From positions 224,001 to 288,000 of the forward strand of contig CAWGVS010000006.1 in the NCBI GenBank assembly GCA_963826115.1: a stretch of DNA of 64,000 nucleotides, given 5' to 3'. The notes beneath the pieces were generated by a model. The model did not search any database, was not told the DNA's origin, and saw only the letters and a list, made by a program, of their open reading frames with translations. Below, piece after piece: positions 30,444 through 40,368 of the stretch; the stretch's first letter is position 1, and every line of letters starts with the position of its first letter. This DNA is from an uncultured Candidatus Rokubacteria bacterium (GTDB lineage: Bacteria > Methylomirabilota > Methylomirabilia > Rokubacteriales > DASRDR01). The translations under genes and the position numbers were made by a program.

Positions 30444-31424
30444 GTGCCCACGGTTCGTGAGACCGTCGCCGAGATGGTCCAGTACGTCTTCCCCCAGTAC
30501 GCGGGCGCACCGGGCCAGATCTACGGCGGGCGAATGATGGAGTGGATCGCCACCGCGGGGACCCTGGCCGCGTCGCGCGTCGCGCGGGGGCCGGTCGCGG
30601 TGGGCGCCATGGACGAGATCGACTTCCTCCACCCCGTGCGGGTGGGCGAGATCTCCATCTTGCGCGCCCGCGTGGAGTACGTCGGGCGGACGTCGCTCGA
30701 GGTGGGCGTGCGGGTCTACTCGGAGAACACGGCCACCGGAGAGCGGCACGCGACCCTCTCGTCGCACATGGCGTTCGTCGCGATCGACGAGGAGGCCCAC
30801 CCGCGTCCGATCGGGGCGCGCGTCGTGCCCGCGGATGCGGCCGAGGTGGCGGTCGTCGAAGCGGCGCAGGCGCGCCGCGAGGCCCGCCGGGCGCGTGTCG
30901 CCCTCCGGGCCGACCGGGCGCGCGAGGTGACCGACGAGACGGCGGGCTTCCGCTGGCGGTTCGAGCAGCAGCGGTTCGTGTTCCCGGACGACGCGCTGCA
31001 CGGGACTTTGATGTTCGCGGGGCGGCTCCTCCTCACGGTGGACGAGGTTGCCGCGATCCTCGCGGTCCGGTACGCTCGGGCGCCCCTGGCGACGGCGTCG
31101 ATGGACGCCCTCGAGTTCTACGCGCCGCTCCGCGTGGGGGACATGCTCACCTTCCGCGGCGCGCTGACGCGGGTGGGGACCCGGTCGATGGAGGTGGAGA
31201 TCCAGGTGCTGGCGGAGGCGCCGTTCACCGGCGAGATCCGCCACACCTGCACGGCGTACCTGACGTTCGTGAAGCTGCGCGCGGCGGGGGGGTCGATCCC
31301 GCCCCTCGAGCCGACGACGGCGGCGGAGCAGCGGGAGCGGGAGGCGGCGGACAAGCGCCAGGCGGCCCGCGTGGCGCGCGTGCACGCGCTCAAGGAGAGC
31401 CTGGCGCGCGAGCCCGCCTGGTGA
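30444..31424 (+). CDS. Double hot-dog acyl-CoA thioesterase (YciA/4HBT-like)
   Basis: Two repeats of IYGG/MFAG...F..PVRVG...VG-x-x-S-L/M-EV. Confidence 0.85.
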   Translation: MPTVRETVAEMVQYVFPQYAGAPGQIYGGRMMEWIATAGTLAASRVARGPVAVGAMDEIDFLHPVRVGEISILRARVEYVGRTSLEVGVRVYSENTATGERHATLSSHMAFVAIDEEAHPRPIGARVVPADAAEVAVVEAAQARREARRARVALRADRAREVTDETAGFRWRFEQQRFVFPDDALHGTLMFAGRLLLTVDEVAAILAVRYARAPLATASMDALEFYAPLRVGDMLTFRGALTRVGTRSMEVEIQVLAEAPFTGEIRHTCTAYLTFVKLRAAGGSIPPLEPTTAAEQREREAADKRQAARVARVHALKESLAREPAW

Positions 31425-31493
31425 CCGGCGGCGACGTGCGGCCCGGCGACACGGGGGAGCCGGCTCCCCGGAACAACAGAGAGGGGTGAGGGG

Positions 31494-32243
31494 ATGTCCG
31501 GTCATTCGAAGTGGTCGCAGATCAAGCGCAAGAAGGCCAAGACGGACCAGGCCCGCGGGAAGGTGTTCTCGAAGCTCGTCCGCGAGATCACGACCGCGGC
31601 CCGGACCGGCGGCGACCCGAAGATGAACATGCGCCTCAAGACGGCGATCGAGGAGGCGAAGGCGGTCAACATGCCCGCCGACACCCTCAAGCGCGCCATC
31701 CAGAAGGGCACGGGTGAGCTGCCGGGCGAGACGTACGACGAGATCACCTACGAGGGCTATGGGCCGGGCGGCGTCGCCGTCATGGTCAAGACCCTCACCG
31801 ACAACAAGAACCGCACTGCCCCGGAGATCCGCCACACCTTCACCAAGTTCAGCGGGAACCTGGGCGAGGTCGGCTCCGTCGGCTGGATGTTCGACCGCAA
31901 GGGCATCATCCAGGTCGACACCGGGCGCGTGGACGAGGACGAGCTCCTGGGGGTGGCGCTGGACGCCGGCGCGGCCGACCTCCGGCGGGCGGACCCGGTC
32001 TTCGAGATCACGACCGCGCCGCAGGACCTCGAGGACGTGAAGCGCGCGCTCGAAGGACGCGGCGTGCCGATCCAGTCGGCCGAGGTGACCTACGTGCCGC
32101 AGTCGACGATCCGCCTCGAGGGCAAGGATGCGCAGCAGGTGCTGCGGCTGGTCGAGGGGCTGGAGGAACTCGACGACGTGCAGCACGTCTACGCGAACTT
32201 CGACATCCCCGACGAGGTGCTGGAGGCCCAGGGCGCCGCTTGA
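31494..32243 (+). CDS. yebC: YebC/PmpR (TACO1) family protein
   Basis: MSGHSKW, YEGYGPGGVA, TDNKNRT, DDVQHVYAN. Confidence 0.95.
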   Translation: MSGHSKWSQIKRKKAKTDQARGKVFSKLVREITTAARTGGDPKMNMRLKTAIEEAKAVNMPADTLKRAIQKGTGELPGETYDEITYEGYGPGGVAVMVKTLTDNKNRTAPEIRHTFTKFSGNLGEVGSVGWMFDRKGIIQVDTGRVDEDELLGVALDAGAADLRRADPVFEITTAPQDLEDVKRALEGRGVPIQSAEVTYVPQSTIRLEGKDAQQVLRLVEGLEELDDVQHVYANFDIPDEVLEAQGAA

Positions 32244-32770
32244 GGGGGCTCGACGCGGCCTCCATCCCGCTCCGCGCCGCGCCGCGCGCCGTCGGGTTCG
32301 ATCCGGGCCTGGCCGACACGGGGTACGCGGCGCTCGAGGGCGGGCGCCGGGTGCCCACCGTGCTGGGCACCGGCGTCATCCGGACGAGCGCCCGGGACCC
32401 GCTGGAGGTGCGGCTCGAGGCCCTGTTCGACGGGTGCCGCGAGGTCCTCGAGCGGTTCACGCCCGACGTCGTGATCATCGAGGACGTCTTCAGCGCCCCG
32501 TCGATCCCACGCACCGCCATCCTCATGGGCCATGCGCGGGCGGCGGTGTGCCTCGCGGGCCGGCGGCAGCGGGTCGCGCTCCTGTCGGTGGCGCCGACCG
32601 AGGTCAAGCGCGCGGTCACCGCCTCGGGCGCCGCGCCCAAGGCGCAGGTCGCCCGGGCGATGCAGGTCCTCCTGGCCCTGGCGGCCCTGCCGCGGCCGAG
32701 CCACGTGGCGGACGCGCTTGCTCTCGCCTACACGGGCCTGTCGCGGACTCGGGGGCTCGGCCGCCAGTGA
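32240..32770 (+). CDS. ruvC: Holliday junction resolvase
   Basis: GFDPGLADTGY, IIEDVF, PTEVKRAVT..G.A.K.QV, ADALALA. Confidence 0.9.
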   Translation: MRGLDAASIPLRAAPRAVGFDPGLADTGYAALEGGRRVPTVLGTGVIRTSARDPLEVRLEALFDGCREVLERFTPDVVIIEDVFSAPSIPRTAILMGHARAAVCLAGRRQRVALLSVAPTEVKRAVTASGAAPKAQVARAMQVLLALAALPRPSHVADALALAYTGLSRTRGLGRQ

Positions 32771-33414
32771 TCGCCTCGCTCCGCGGTCGGCTGCGCCGTC
32801 GGCTGGAAGGGCGCGTGATCCTCGAGTCGGCCGGGGTCGGGTACGAGGTCGTGCTCCCGCCCGTCGTCGCCCGCGGGCTCGAGGCCCTCGAGGCGGGCGA
32901 CGGCGCCGGGGCGGCCGAGCTCGAGCTCGTGATCTACTACCACGCCACGCGCGACCAGCCGCGGCCCGTCCTGATCGGCTTCGCGCGCGACCTGGAGCGG
33001 GAGTTCTTCGAGCGGCTCATCACGGTCAAGGACGTGGGCCCGCTCGTCGCCGCGCGCGCGCTGGTCCAGCCCATCGCGGAGATCGCGGACGCGATCGTCC
33101 GGAAGGACGAGCGCTTCCTCCGTCGGCTGCCGGGGATCGGGCCCCAGAAGTGCCGCAACATCGTCGCCCAGCTCGAGGGCAAGGTGGCCAAGTACGCGCT
33201 GCTCCCGCGCGAGGAGGCGGCGCCGACGCCACCGCCGCGCGAGGAGGGCGACGACCTCCGCGTGCTGGTGCGCGACGTGCTGGTCCGGCAGATGGGGCTC
33301 CGGCCCGGTGAGGCGGACCAGGCGATCCGCGACGCCCTGGCGCGCAACCCGGGCATCGACGCGCCCGAGGCGCTCTTCGAGGAGATCTACCGCGCGCGGC
33401 GAGGGTCCACGTGA
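32767..33414 (+). CDS. ruvA: Holliday junction binding protein
   Basis: GTG 32767: IASLRG...GVGYEV, FERLITVKDVGP, LPGIGPQK HhH motifs; position between ruvC and ruvB. Confidence 0.88.
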   Translation: MIASLRGRLRRRLEGRVILESAGVGYEVVLPPVVARGLEALEAGDGAGAAELELVIYYHATRDQPRPVLIGFARDLEREFFERLITVKDVGPLVAARALVQPIAEIADAIVRKDERFLRRLPGIGPQKCRNIVAQLEGKVAKYALLPREEAAPTPPPREEGDDLRVLVRDVLVRQMGLRPGEADQAIRDALARNPGIDAPEALFEEIYRARRGST

Positions 33415-34433
33415 GCGACAACCTCCTGAGCCGGACGGCCCTCGCCGACGAGGCGCCGTTCGAGCGCGCGCTACGTCCCCAGCGGCTCGACGAGTACATC
33501 GGCCAGCAGGCGACGGTTGAGAGCCTGCGCGTCTCGGTGGAGGCCGCCCGGCAGCGCGGGGAGTGCCTCGACCACGTGCTGCTCTACGGGCCGCCGGGGC
33601 TCGGCAAGACGACGCTCGCGATCATCCTCGCCAACGAGATGGCCAGCGGGCTCAAGAGCACGTCGGGCCCGGCGCTCGAGCGCGGCGACGACCTCATGGG
33701 GGTCCTGACGAGCCTCGAGCCGCGGGACGTACTCTTCGTCGACGAGATCCACCGGCTGCCGCGCGTCGTGGAGGAGCTCTTCTACCCGGCGATGGAGGAC
33801 TTCGAGGTCAACTTCGTAATCGAGCGCGGCATGCACGCGCGGACCATGCGGATCCCGCTCAAGCCGTTCACGCTGGTCGGGGCCACCACCCGTCCCGGCA
33901 TGCTGAGCGCGCCCCTCCGGGAGCGGTTCGGGATCTTCCACCACCTCGATTTCTACGCGGACGACGAGCTCGAGCAGATCGTCGGCCGGTCGGCGGGAAT
34001 CCTCGGCCTGCCGATCGAGCCCGGCGGGGCGGCCGAGATCGCGCGCCGGGCGCGCGGGACTCCCCGGATCGCCAACCGCCTTCTCCGCCGCGTGCGGGAC
34101 TTCGCCCAGGTGAAGGGCGATGGCCGGATCGGCGCCGAGGTGGCCGCCGCCGCGCTCACGCTGGAGGGTGTCGACACCCGCGGGCTCGACCGCCTGGACC
34201 GGCGGTTCCTCCAGGCGATCGTCGAGCACTACGGGGGGGGGCCGGTCGGGCTCGACGCGATCGCCGCGACGATCAACGACGACGCCGAGACGCTGGCGGA
34301 GCTGGTGGAGCCATACCTGCTCAAGATCGGCCTGGTGGTCCGCACGCCGAACGGCCGCCGCGCGACGCCCGCGGCCTACCGGCACCTCGGTCTCCGCGGG
34401 GGCGACGGCCCCCGCCAGCTCTCCCTCGAGTAG
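33411..34433 (+). CDS. ruvB: Holliday junction branch migration ATPase
   Basis: LRPQRLDEYIGQ, GPPGLGKTT, DEIHRL, RGTPRIANRLLRRVRD, GGPVG. Confidence 0.96.
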   Translation: MSDNLLSRTALADEAPFERALRPQRLDEYIGQQATVESLRVSVEAARQRGECLDHVLLYGPPGLGKTTLAIILANEMASGLKSTSGPALERGDDLMGVLTSLEPRDVLFVDEIHRLPRVVEELFYPAMEDFEVNFVIERGMHARTMRIPLKPFTLVGATTRPGMLSAPLRERFGIFHHLDFYADDELEQIVGRSAGILGLPIEPGGAAEIARRARGTPRIANRLLRRVRDFAQVKGDGRIGAEVAAAALTLEGVDTRGLDRLDRRFLQAIVEHYGGGPVGLDAIAATINDDAETLAELVEPYLLKIGLVVRTPNGRRATPAAYRHLGLRGGDGPRQLSLE

Positions 34434-34441
34434 GCGCGGCG

Positions 34442-34669
34442 ATGGCGGAAGCGGGCCGCGTGCTGGTGGTCCTGGGGATCGTGCTGGTCGTCGTGGGCGG
34501 ACTCATCTGGCTCGGCGGCGCCATGGGCGCCAAGGTCCCGTTCCTCGGCCGCCTGCCGGGGGACATTCACGTCCAGCGAGGCAACTGGTCCTTCTACTTC
34601 CCCCTCACGACCTCGATCGTTCTGAGCCTCGTGCTCACGCTGGTCCTGGCGCTCCTCTCTCGCCGATGA
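34442..34669 (+). CDS. DUF2905 family membrane protein
   Basis: GRLPGDI...FYFPLTTSIVLS; conserved position after ruvB. Confidence 0.85.
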   Translation: MAEAGRVLVVLGIVLVVVGGLIWLGGAMGAKVPFLGRLPGDIHVQRGNWSFYFPLTTSIVLSLVLTLVLALLSRR

Positions 34670-35835
34670 TCGGCCGCGCGAGAGGGGAGGCGCGCCGCCC
34701 GATCGCGGGGCGGGCGGTCGCGGTCGCCGTGGGGCTCGCCTGCCTGGTCGGCCTCGCCGCGCCGGCGCGCGCGCTGGAGCCCATCCGGCTCGCGCTCGCG
34801 GACGGGGTGCGGCACGTGGAGGTCGGCGTGGCCGACACGGTCACCGTGCTCGACCCGGCGACCGGCCGCGCGCTCTTCAGCCTGTCGGGGCCGCGCATCG
34901 TGCGCGTCGTGCCGTCCGGGGCGGGCCTGGACGTGGTCGGCGCCCGACGAGTCGACCTGCCCCGCCTCCGTGTCGAGGTCCGGCGCGGTCCCCTGCGCGT
35001 GGGGACGCGCGACCACGTGGGCGCGCTCGAGATCTGGCGGCAGGGCGACGGGCTCCTGCTGGTGAACGAGCTTCCCATGGAGGAGTACATCGCGGGGACC
35101 GTGCGGGGTGAGGCCTCCGAGCGCTGGCCCGCCGAGGCCCTCCGCGCGCTCGCGGTGGTCGCACGCACCTACGCCGTTTTCCAGCAGGCGCGCGCCACCG
35201 GCAAGGCCTATCACGTGGTCGCGGGCAACCAGGATCAGAACTTCGCCGGCTGGGCGATGGAGGGCTCGCCCGCGCGGGAAGCGGCGCGCACGACCGCGGG
35301 GCAGGTGCTGACGTGGCAGGGACGGGTCTTCCCCACGTTCTACCACTCGGATTCCGGCGGCTTCACCGAGGCCGCGCAGAGCGTCTTCTCGGGGGACGGC
35401 GTGCCGCCCCTCGAGGGGGTCCGCGACGAGTACTCCATGGAGTCGCCGAACTACACCTGGACGGTGACGCTCCCCCTCACCGTGATCGGGGAGCGGCTCC
35501 GCCGCGGCGGGCTGGAAGTCGGCCAGGTAACCCGCCTGACGGTCCTCGAGCGGAGCCCCTCCTTCCGCGTGGCCCGCCTCGCCGTCGAGCACTCACGGGG
35601 GACCACGACCATCCGGGGGGCCGACTTCCGGCGGCTGATCGGGTACGATGCCTTGAAGAGCACGCTCTTCGTCCCGGTTGCCCAGGACGGCCAGGTGCGG
35701 TTCGAGGGGCGCGGCTGGGGACACGGCGTGGGCCTGTCCCAGTTCGGCGCCAAGGGCATGGCCGACCGCGGTTACACGTATCCGCAGATCCTCGAACACT
35801 ACTATCCGGGCACCGCCCTGACGACCCTGCGCTGA
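34666..35835 (+). CDS. SpoIID/LytB domain peptidoglycan lytic transglycosylase
   Basis: VNELPMEEYIAG, EALRALAVVARTY, YHSDSGG, GWGHGVGLSQFGA, ILEHYYPG. Confidence 0.9.
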   Translation: MIGRARGEARRPIAGRAVAVAVGLACLVGLAAPARALEPIRLALADGVRHVEVGVADTVTVLDPATGRALFSLSGPRIVRVVPSGAGLDVVGARRVDLPRLRVEVRRGPLRVGTRDHVGALEIWRQGDGLLLVNELPMEEYIAGTVRGEASERWPAEALRALAVVARTYAVFQQARATGKAYHVVAGNQDQNFAGWAMEGSPAREAARTTAGQVLTWQGRVFPTFYHSDSGGFTEAAQSVFSGDGVPPLEGVRDEYSMESPNYTWTVTLPLTVIGERLRRGGLEVGQVTRLTVLERSPSFRVARLAVEHSRGTTTIRGADFRRLIGYDALKSTLFVPVAQDGQVRFEGRGWGHGVGLSQFGAKGMADRGYTYPQILEHYYPGTALTTLR

Positions 35836-35868
35836 AGGGGCCGGACGGTCCCGACGAGCCCGAGAGCC

Positions 35869-36204
35869 ATGAGCGAGATCAGCTGGAGCGACTTCGAGCG
35901 GGTGGACATGCGCGTCGGCACCGTCGTGCGGGCCGAGGTGTTTCCGGAGGCGCGGAAGCCGGCGTACAAGCTGTGGATCGACCTGGGCGCCCTCGGAGAG
36001 CGACGCTCGAGCGTCCAGATCACCGATCGCTACCGGCCGGACGAGCTCCTGGGGCGCCAGGTGGTCTGCGTGGTCAACTTCCCGCCGAAGCGGATCGGTC
36101 CCTTCGTCTCCGAGGTGCTCGTGCTCGGCGCGTACGCCGCCGACCACACGGTCGTGCTGCTCCACCCCGACCAGACCGTGGAGCGGGGGAGTCGCATTGG
36201 CTAG
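35869..36204 (+). CDS. csaA: CsaA-like tRNA-binding / secretion chaperone
   Basis: DFERVDMRVGT, ARKPAYKL, SSVQIT, VNFPPKRIG..SEVLVLG. Confidence 0.88.
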   Translation: MSEISWSDFERVDMRVGTVVRAEVFPEARKPAYKLWIDLGALGERRSSVQITDRYRPDELLGRQVVCVVNFPPKRIGPFVSEVLVLGAYAADHTVVLLHPDQTVERGSRIG

Positions 36205-37267
36205 CGTCGTCCAAGCCGCGGGCGAGCTCGCCCAGTACGACTTCGCGCTGCCGCCGGACCGGATCGCGCAGGAGCCGGCCGAGCCCCGCGATGCCGCGCG
36301 GCTGCTCGTGGTGGAGGGGTCGACGCTCGTCGACGCGCGGGTGGCCGACCTCGAGCGCCACCTCCGCCCGGGCGACTGCCTCGTCGTGAACGACACCCGC
36401 GTCCTGCCGGCGCGGCTCCTCGGCCGGATCGACGGGACCGAGCGCGACGTCGAGGTCCTGCTGCTCCACCCGGTCGGAGACGAGTGGGCGGCGCTCCTCC
36501 GGCCGGCGCGGCGCTGTCCGGTCGGGACGCCGATCGTCGTCGCCGACGGCGGGGCGCGGCTGACCGTCACCGCCCGGGAGGAGCTGGGACGAGCGCGCGT
36601 CCGGCTCGACGGCGCGGGCTCCGTCGAGGCCCTGCTCGAGGCCCACGGGCTTCCGCCGCTTCCGCCCTACATCCGCCGCTACCGGAAGCCCGGCGGCGAG
36701 GACTGGGCGCGCTACCAGACCGTCTACGCCGAGCGCCCGGGCGCGGTGGCCGCGCCGACGGCGGGCCTCCACTTCACGCCCGAGCTCCTGGCGGCGCTCG
36801 AGGCCCGGGGGATCGAATGCCACCGGATCACGCTCCACGTCGGACCGGGGACCTTCCGGCCGGTCCGCGCGGACCGCGTGGCCGACCACCGCGTGGAGGC
36901 CGAGCGGTTCGAGGTTCGCGACGCCACGGCCGCGGCCCTCGGACGGGCCCGGCGTGAGGGGCGGCGCGTGGTGGCCGTGGGGACGACGACGGTCCGCGCG
37001 CTCGAGTCGGTCGCCCACCCCGACGGCGGCATCGCGCCCGGCGCGGGCTGGACCGACCTCACGATCGTGCCGGGCCACCGGTTCCGCGCCGTGGACGCGC
37101 TCCTGACCAACTTCCACCTGCCGCGCTCGTCCCTGCTTCTCCTGGTCGCCGCCTTTGCCGGCCGCGCGCGGGTGCTCCGGGCCTACGCGCACGCCGTGGC
37201 GGCGGGCTACCGGTTCTACAGCTACGGGGACGCGATGCTGATCTCGGCCGAGGGTCCGACGTGCTGA
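36197..37267 (+). CDS. queA: SAM:tRNA ribosyltransferase-isomerase
   Basis: IAQEP, NDTRV, PLPPYI, YQTVYA, AAPTAGLHF, TNFHLPRS, YRFYSYGDAM. Confidence 0.96.
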   Translation: MASVVQAAGELAQYDFALPPDRIAQEPAEPRDAARLLVVEGSTLVDARVADLERHLRPGDCLVVNDTRVLPARLLGRIDGTERDVEVLLLHPVGDEWAALLRPARRCPVGTPIVVADGGARLTVTAREELGRARVRLDGAGSVEALLEAHGLPPLPPYIRRYRKPGGEDWARYQTVYAERPGAVAAPTAGLHFTPELLAALEARGIECHRITLHVGPGTFRPVRADRVADHRVEAERFEVRDATAAALGRARREGRRVVAVGTTTVRALESVAHPDGGIAPGAGWTDLTIVPGHRFRAVDALLTNFHLPRSSLLLLVAAFAGRARVLRAYAHAVAAGYRFYSYGDAMLISAEGPTC

Positions 37268-38439
37268 GCCCGGCCTTCGAGGTGCTCGCGCGGGATGGCG
37301 ACGCGCGGCGCGGCCGGCTCACGACGCCGCACGGCGCCGTCGAGACGCCGGCCTTCATGCCCGTGGGGACGCTCGGCACGGTGAAGAGCCTCACCCCCGC
37401 CGACCTCCGGGAGATCGGCGCCGAGATCGTCCTCGCCAACACGTACCACCTCTTCCTGCGTCCCGGCGCCCCGCTGATCCGGGAGCTCGGCGGGCTCCAT
37501 CGCTTCATGGCGTGGGACGGCCCCATCCTCACGGACTCCGGCGGCTACCAGGTGTGGAGCCTCGCCGCGCTCCGGACGATCCGCGAAGAGGGGGTACGCT
37601 TCCGCTCGCACCTCGACGGGGGCGCCGAGCACCTCCTGACGCCGGAGCTCGTCGTCGAGGTGCAACACACCCTCGGCGTCGACGTCCTCCACCCCCTCGA
37701 CGAGTGCCTGCCGCATCCGGCCACGCGGGAGGCCGCGGAGACGTCCCTCGCGCGCACCGTCCGGTGGGCGCGGCGGTCCTGGGCGGCGCACGTGGCCGGA
37801 CGCCGTCCGGGTCAGGCGTGCTTCGGGATCGTGCAGGGCGGGATGTACGGCGACCTCCGGCGGGCGGCGGTGGCCGAGACGTGCGCGCTCGGGTTCGACG
37901 GCTACGCCCTCGGCGGCTTCGCGGTCGGCGAGCCGCGGGGACTCATGCGGGAGCTGGTCGCGCTGACCGCGGCGGCCCTCCCGGCGGACCAGCCCCGGTA
38001 CCTGATGGGGGTCGGGCGCCCCCCCGACCTGGTCGACGCGGTGGCCGGGGGGGTCGACATGTTCGACTGCGTTCTGCCCACCCGCCACGCGCGAACCGGC
38101 CAGGCGTTCACGAGCCGGGGCCTCGTGGTCATCCGCCATTCGGCGCACGCGCGCGCCGCCGAGCCGCTCGACGCGGCGTGCCCCTGCTACGCCTGCCGCA
38201 ACTTCTCGCGGGCCTACCTGCGGCACCTGTTCCTCGCGCGGGAGCTGACCGTCTACCGGCTCCTCACACTCCACAACCTGACTTACTATCTCGGCTTGAT
38301 GGCCGGCGTCCGCGCCGCCGTCTCGACCGGCACCTTCGCCGCGCTCCGGCAGGCGGTGCTGGACGCCTACGGCTCGGACGACGCCGAGCCGGTGACCGCG
38401 CCGGGCGGCGAGCCGCCCGGGCAAGAGGAGGCATCGTGA
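37261..38439 (+). CDS. tgt: tRNA-guanine transglycosylase
   Basis: TPAFMPVGT, NTYHL, TDSGGYQ, GIVQGG, DMFDCVLPTR, CPCYAC zinc site. Confidence 0.96.
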   Translation: MLSPAFEVLARDGDARRGRLTTPHGAVETPAFMPVGTLGTVKSLTPADLREIGAEIVLANTYHLFLRPGAPLIRELGGLHRFMAWDGPILTDSGGYQVWSLAALRTIREEGVRFRSHLDGGAEHLLTPELVVEVQHTLGVDVLHPLDECLPHPATREAAETSLARTVRWARRSWAAHVAGRRPGQACFGIVQGGMYGDLRRAAVAETCALGFDGYALGGFAVGEPRGLMRELVALTAAALPADQPRYLMGVGRPPDLVDAVAGGVDMFDCVLPTRHARTGQAFTSRGLVVIRHSAHARAAEPLDAACPCYACRNFSRAYLRHLFLARELTVYRLLTLHNLTYYLGLMAGVRAAVSTGTFAALRQAVLDAYGSDDAEPVTAPGGEPPGQEEAS

Positions 38440-38774
38440 TCGATCTCGCATACGCCATGGGCGCGCCGCCGCCGGGGGGCAGCGGCCCTGGATCCATGCT
38501 CATCCAGCTCGTGCCGATCGCGCTGGTGCTGGGTATCTTCTTCTTCCTGGTGATCCGTCCCCAGCAGCGCGAGAAACGGCGGCGCGAGGAGATGCTCGCC
38601 GCCATCAAGAAGGGCGACCGGGTCATCACGTCCGGGGGGCTGATCGGCACCGTGGTCGGCGTCACGGAGCGGAGGGTGACCCTGAAGTTCGGGGACTCGG
38701 TCCGTGTGGAGTGCCTCCGGAGCGCCATCACGGGGCTCGAGTCCGACGGCAAGGCCGACGCGGACACGGCCTGA
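38436..38774 (+). CDS. yajC: Preprotein translocase subunit YajC
   Basis: FFFLVIRPQQR, KGDRVITSGGLIG; GAGGAGG RBS before GTG 38436. Confidence 0.92.
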   Translation: MIDLAYAMGAPPPGGSGPGSMLIQLVPIALVLGIFFFLVIRPQQREKRRREEMLAAIKKGDRVITSGGLIGTVVGVTERRVTLKFGDSVRVECLRSAITGLESDGKADADTA

Positions 38775-38786
38775 CGGGAGCCGCAC

Positions 38787-40355
38787 ATGCCTCGCTACCT
38801 CTGGCTTCGCATCGCCGTCGTGCTGGCGGTGATCGTGGGATCCCTCGCCCTGGTCTCACCCCGCGACTGGCGAGGTCAGCCCCGCCAGCCGATCAACCTG
38901 GGCCTGGACCTCCAGGGCGGCATTCACCTCGTCCTCGGCGTCGACCTCGAGAAGGGGATCGAGAACGTGCTCGACCGGATGGCCGTCGACGTCCGCGCGG
39001 CGCTCCAGAAGAAGAGCATCGGCGCCCAGGTCACGCGCCAGGGACGCACCGGCGTCATGGTCCAGCTGTCCTCGCCGACGGCATTCCAGGAGGCGCAGTC
39101 GGCGCTGGCGGCCTTCGTCGAGTTCGACACGCGGACCCAGGACCCCGCGGCGGGGCGCATCGAGCTCGCGCTGAAGGAGAAGGTGATCACCGAGCGCCGG
39201 AACTCCTTCGTGGACCAGGGGCTCAAGGTCATCCGGAACCGCGTCGACCAGTTCGGCGTCGCGGAGCCGACGATCCAGAAGCAGGGCGAGAACCGCATCC
39301 TGGTGCAGCTGCCGGGCGTCCAGGACCCCGCCCGGGCGAAGGCGCTCATCGGGAAGACCGCGGTGCTCGAGTTCAAGCTGGTCGACGACCAGGCCGACGC
39401 GGCCCGGGCCGTCCAGGAAGGGCCGCCGGCGGGGGACGAGCTCCTCTACCAGCGCCGCGTGGACCGGACGACCAAGGCCGAGACGCGGGTCCCCTTCGTG
39501 GTCCGGAAGGAGGTCCTCCTCACCGGCGACGTCATCTCGGACGCCACGGTGCGGGTCTCGGAGGTCGGCGAGCCGTACGTCTCCGTGTCGTTCGACAGCG
39601 TTGGCGCGCGCCTCTTCGGGGAGGCGACGGAGAAGAACGTCGGGAAGGCGCTGGCCATCGTCCTCGACGGCAACATTCACTCCGCGCCGGTCATCCGCGA
39701 GCGCATCCCGTCGGGCCAGGCGCAGATCTCCGGCGGCTTCACCTTCGAGGAGGCCAGCGACCTCGCCATCGTGCTCCGGACGGGCGCCCTGCAGGCGCCG
39801 GTCCAGGTCCTCGAGGAGCGAACGGTCGGGCCCTCGCTCGGCGCGGACTCGATCCGCAAGGGCATCGTCTCCACGGCTGCCGGCGTGCTGGCCGTCTTCG
39901 TGTTCATGCTGATCTACTACCGGCTGTCGGGCCTGATCGCCGACCTGGCGCTCCTGCTCAACCTGGCCATTCTCCTCGCGGCGATGGCGTGGTTCCAGGC
40001 GACGCTCACCCTGCCGGGCATCGCCGGCATCGTCCTCACGATCGGCATGGCGGTGGACACGAACATCCTCATCTTCGAGCGCATCCGGGAGGAGTTCCGG
40101 CTCGGCAAGACCGTCCGGGCGGCGATCGACGCGGGCTTCCAGCGCGCGTTCACGACGGTCATCGACACCCACGTGACGGTCGTGGTGTCCGGCATCATCC
40201 TCTACCAGTTCGGCACGGGTCCGGTGAAGGGCTTCGCGGTCACGCTGATGATCGGCATCGTGGCGAGCCTGTTCACGGCGGTCTTCTTCACGCGCCTCGT
40301 CTTCGACCTGGTCTACAAGGGCCGCCGCCGGCGCCTGCAGACCCTTTCCATCTGA
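38787..40355 (+). CDS. secD: Protein translocase subunit SecD
   Basis: LGLDLQGG, RVDQFGVAEP, TVGPSLG, GMAVDTNILIFERIREE. Confidence 0.96.
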   Translation: MPRYLWLRIAVVLAVIVGSLALVSPRDWRGQPRQPINLGLDLQGGIHLVLGVDLEKGIENVLDRMAVDVRAALQKKSIGAQVTRQGRTGVMVQLSSPTAFQEAQSALAAFVEFDTRTQDPAAGRIELALKEKVITERRNSFVDQGLKVIRNRVDQFGVAEPTIQKQGENRILVQLPGVQDPARAKALIGKTAVLEFKLVDDQADAARAVQEGPPAGDELLYQRRVDRTTKAETRVPFVVRKEVLLTGDVISDATVRVSEVGEPYVSVSFDSVGARLFGEATEKNVGKALAIVLDGNIHSAPVIRERIPSGQAQISGGFTFEEASDLAIVLRTGALQAPVQVLEERTVGPSLGADSIRKGIVSTAAGVLAVFVFMLIYYRLSGLIADLALLLNLAILLAAMAWFQATLTLPGIAGIVLTIGMAVDTNILIFERIREEFRLGKTVRAAIDAGFQRAFTTVIDTHVTVVVSGIILYQFGTGPVKGFAVTLMIGIVASLFTAVFFTRLVFDLVYKGRRRRLQTLSI

Positions 40356-40368
40356 GGGGGCCGACGCG

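Noticed and set aside
34666-35835. SpoIID as evidence of sporulation
   Set aside because: SpoIID/LytB proteins are common in the ruvB-queA-tgt cluster of non-sporulating bacteria.
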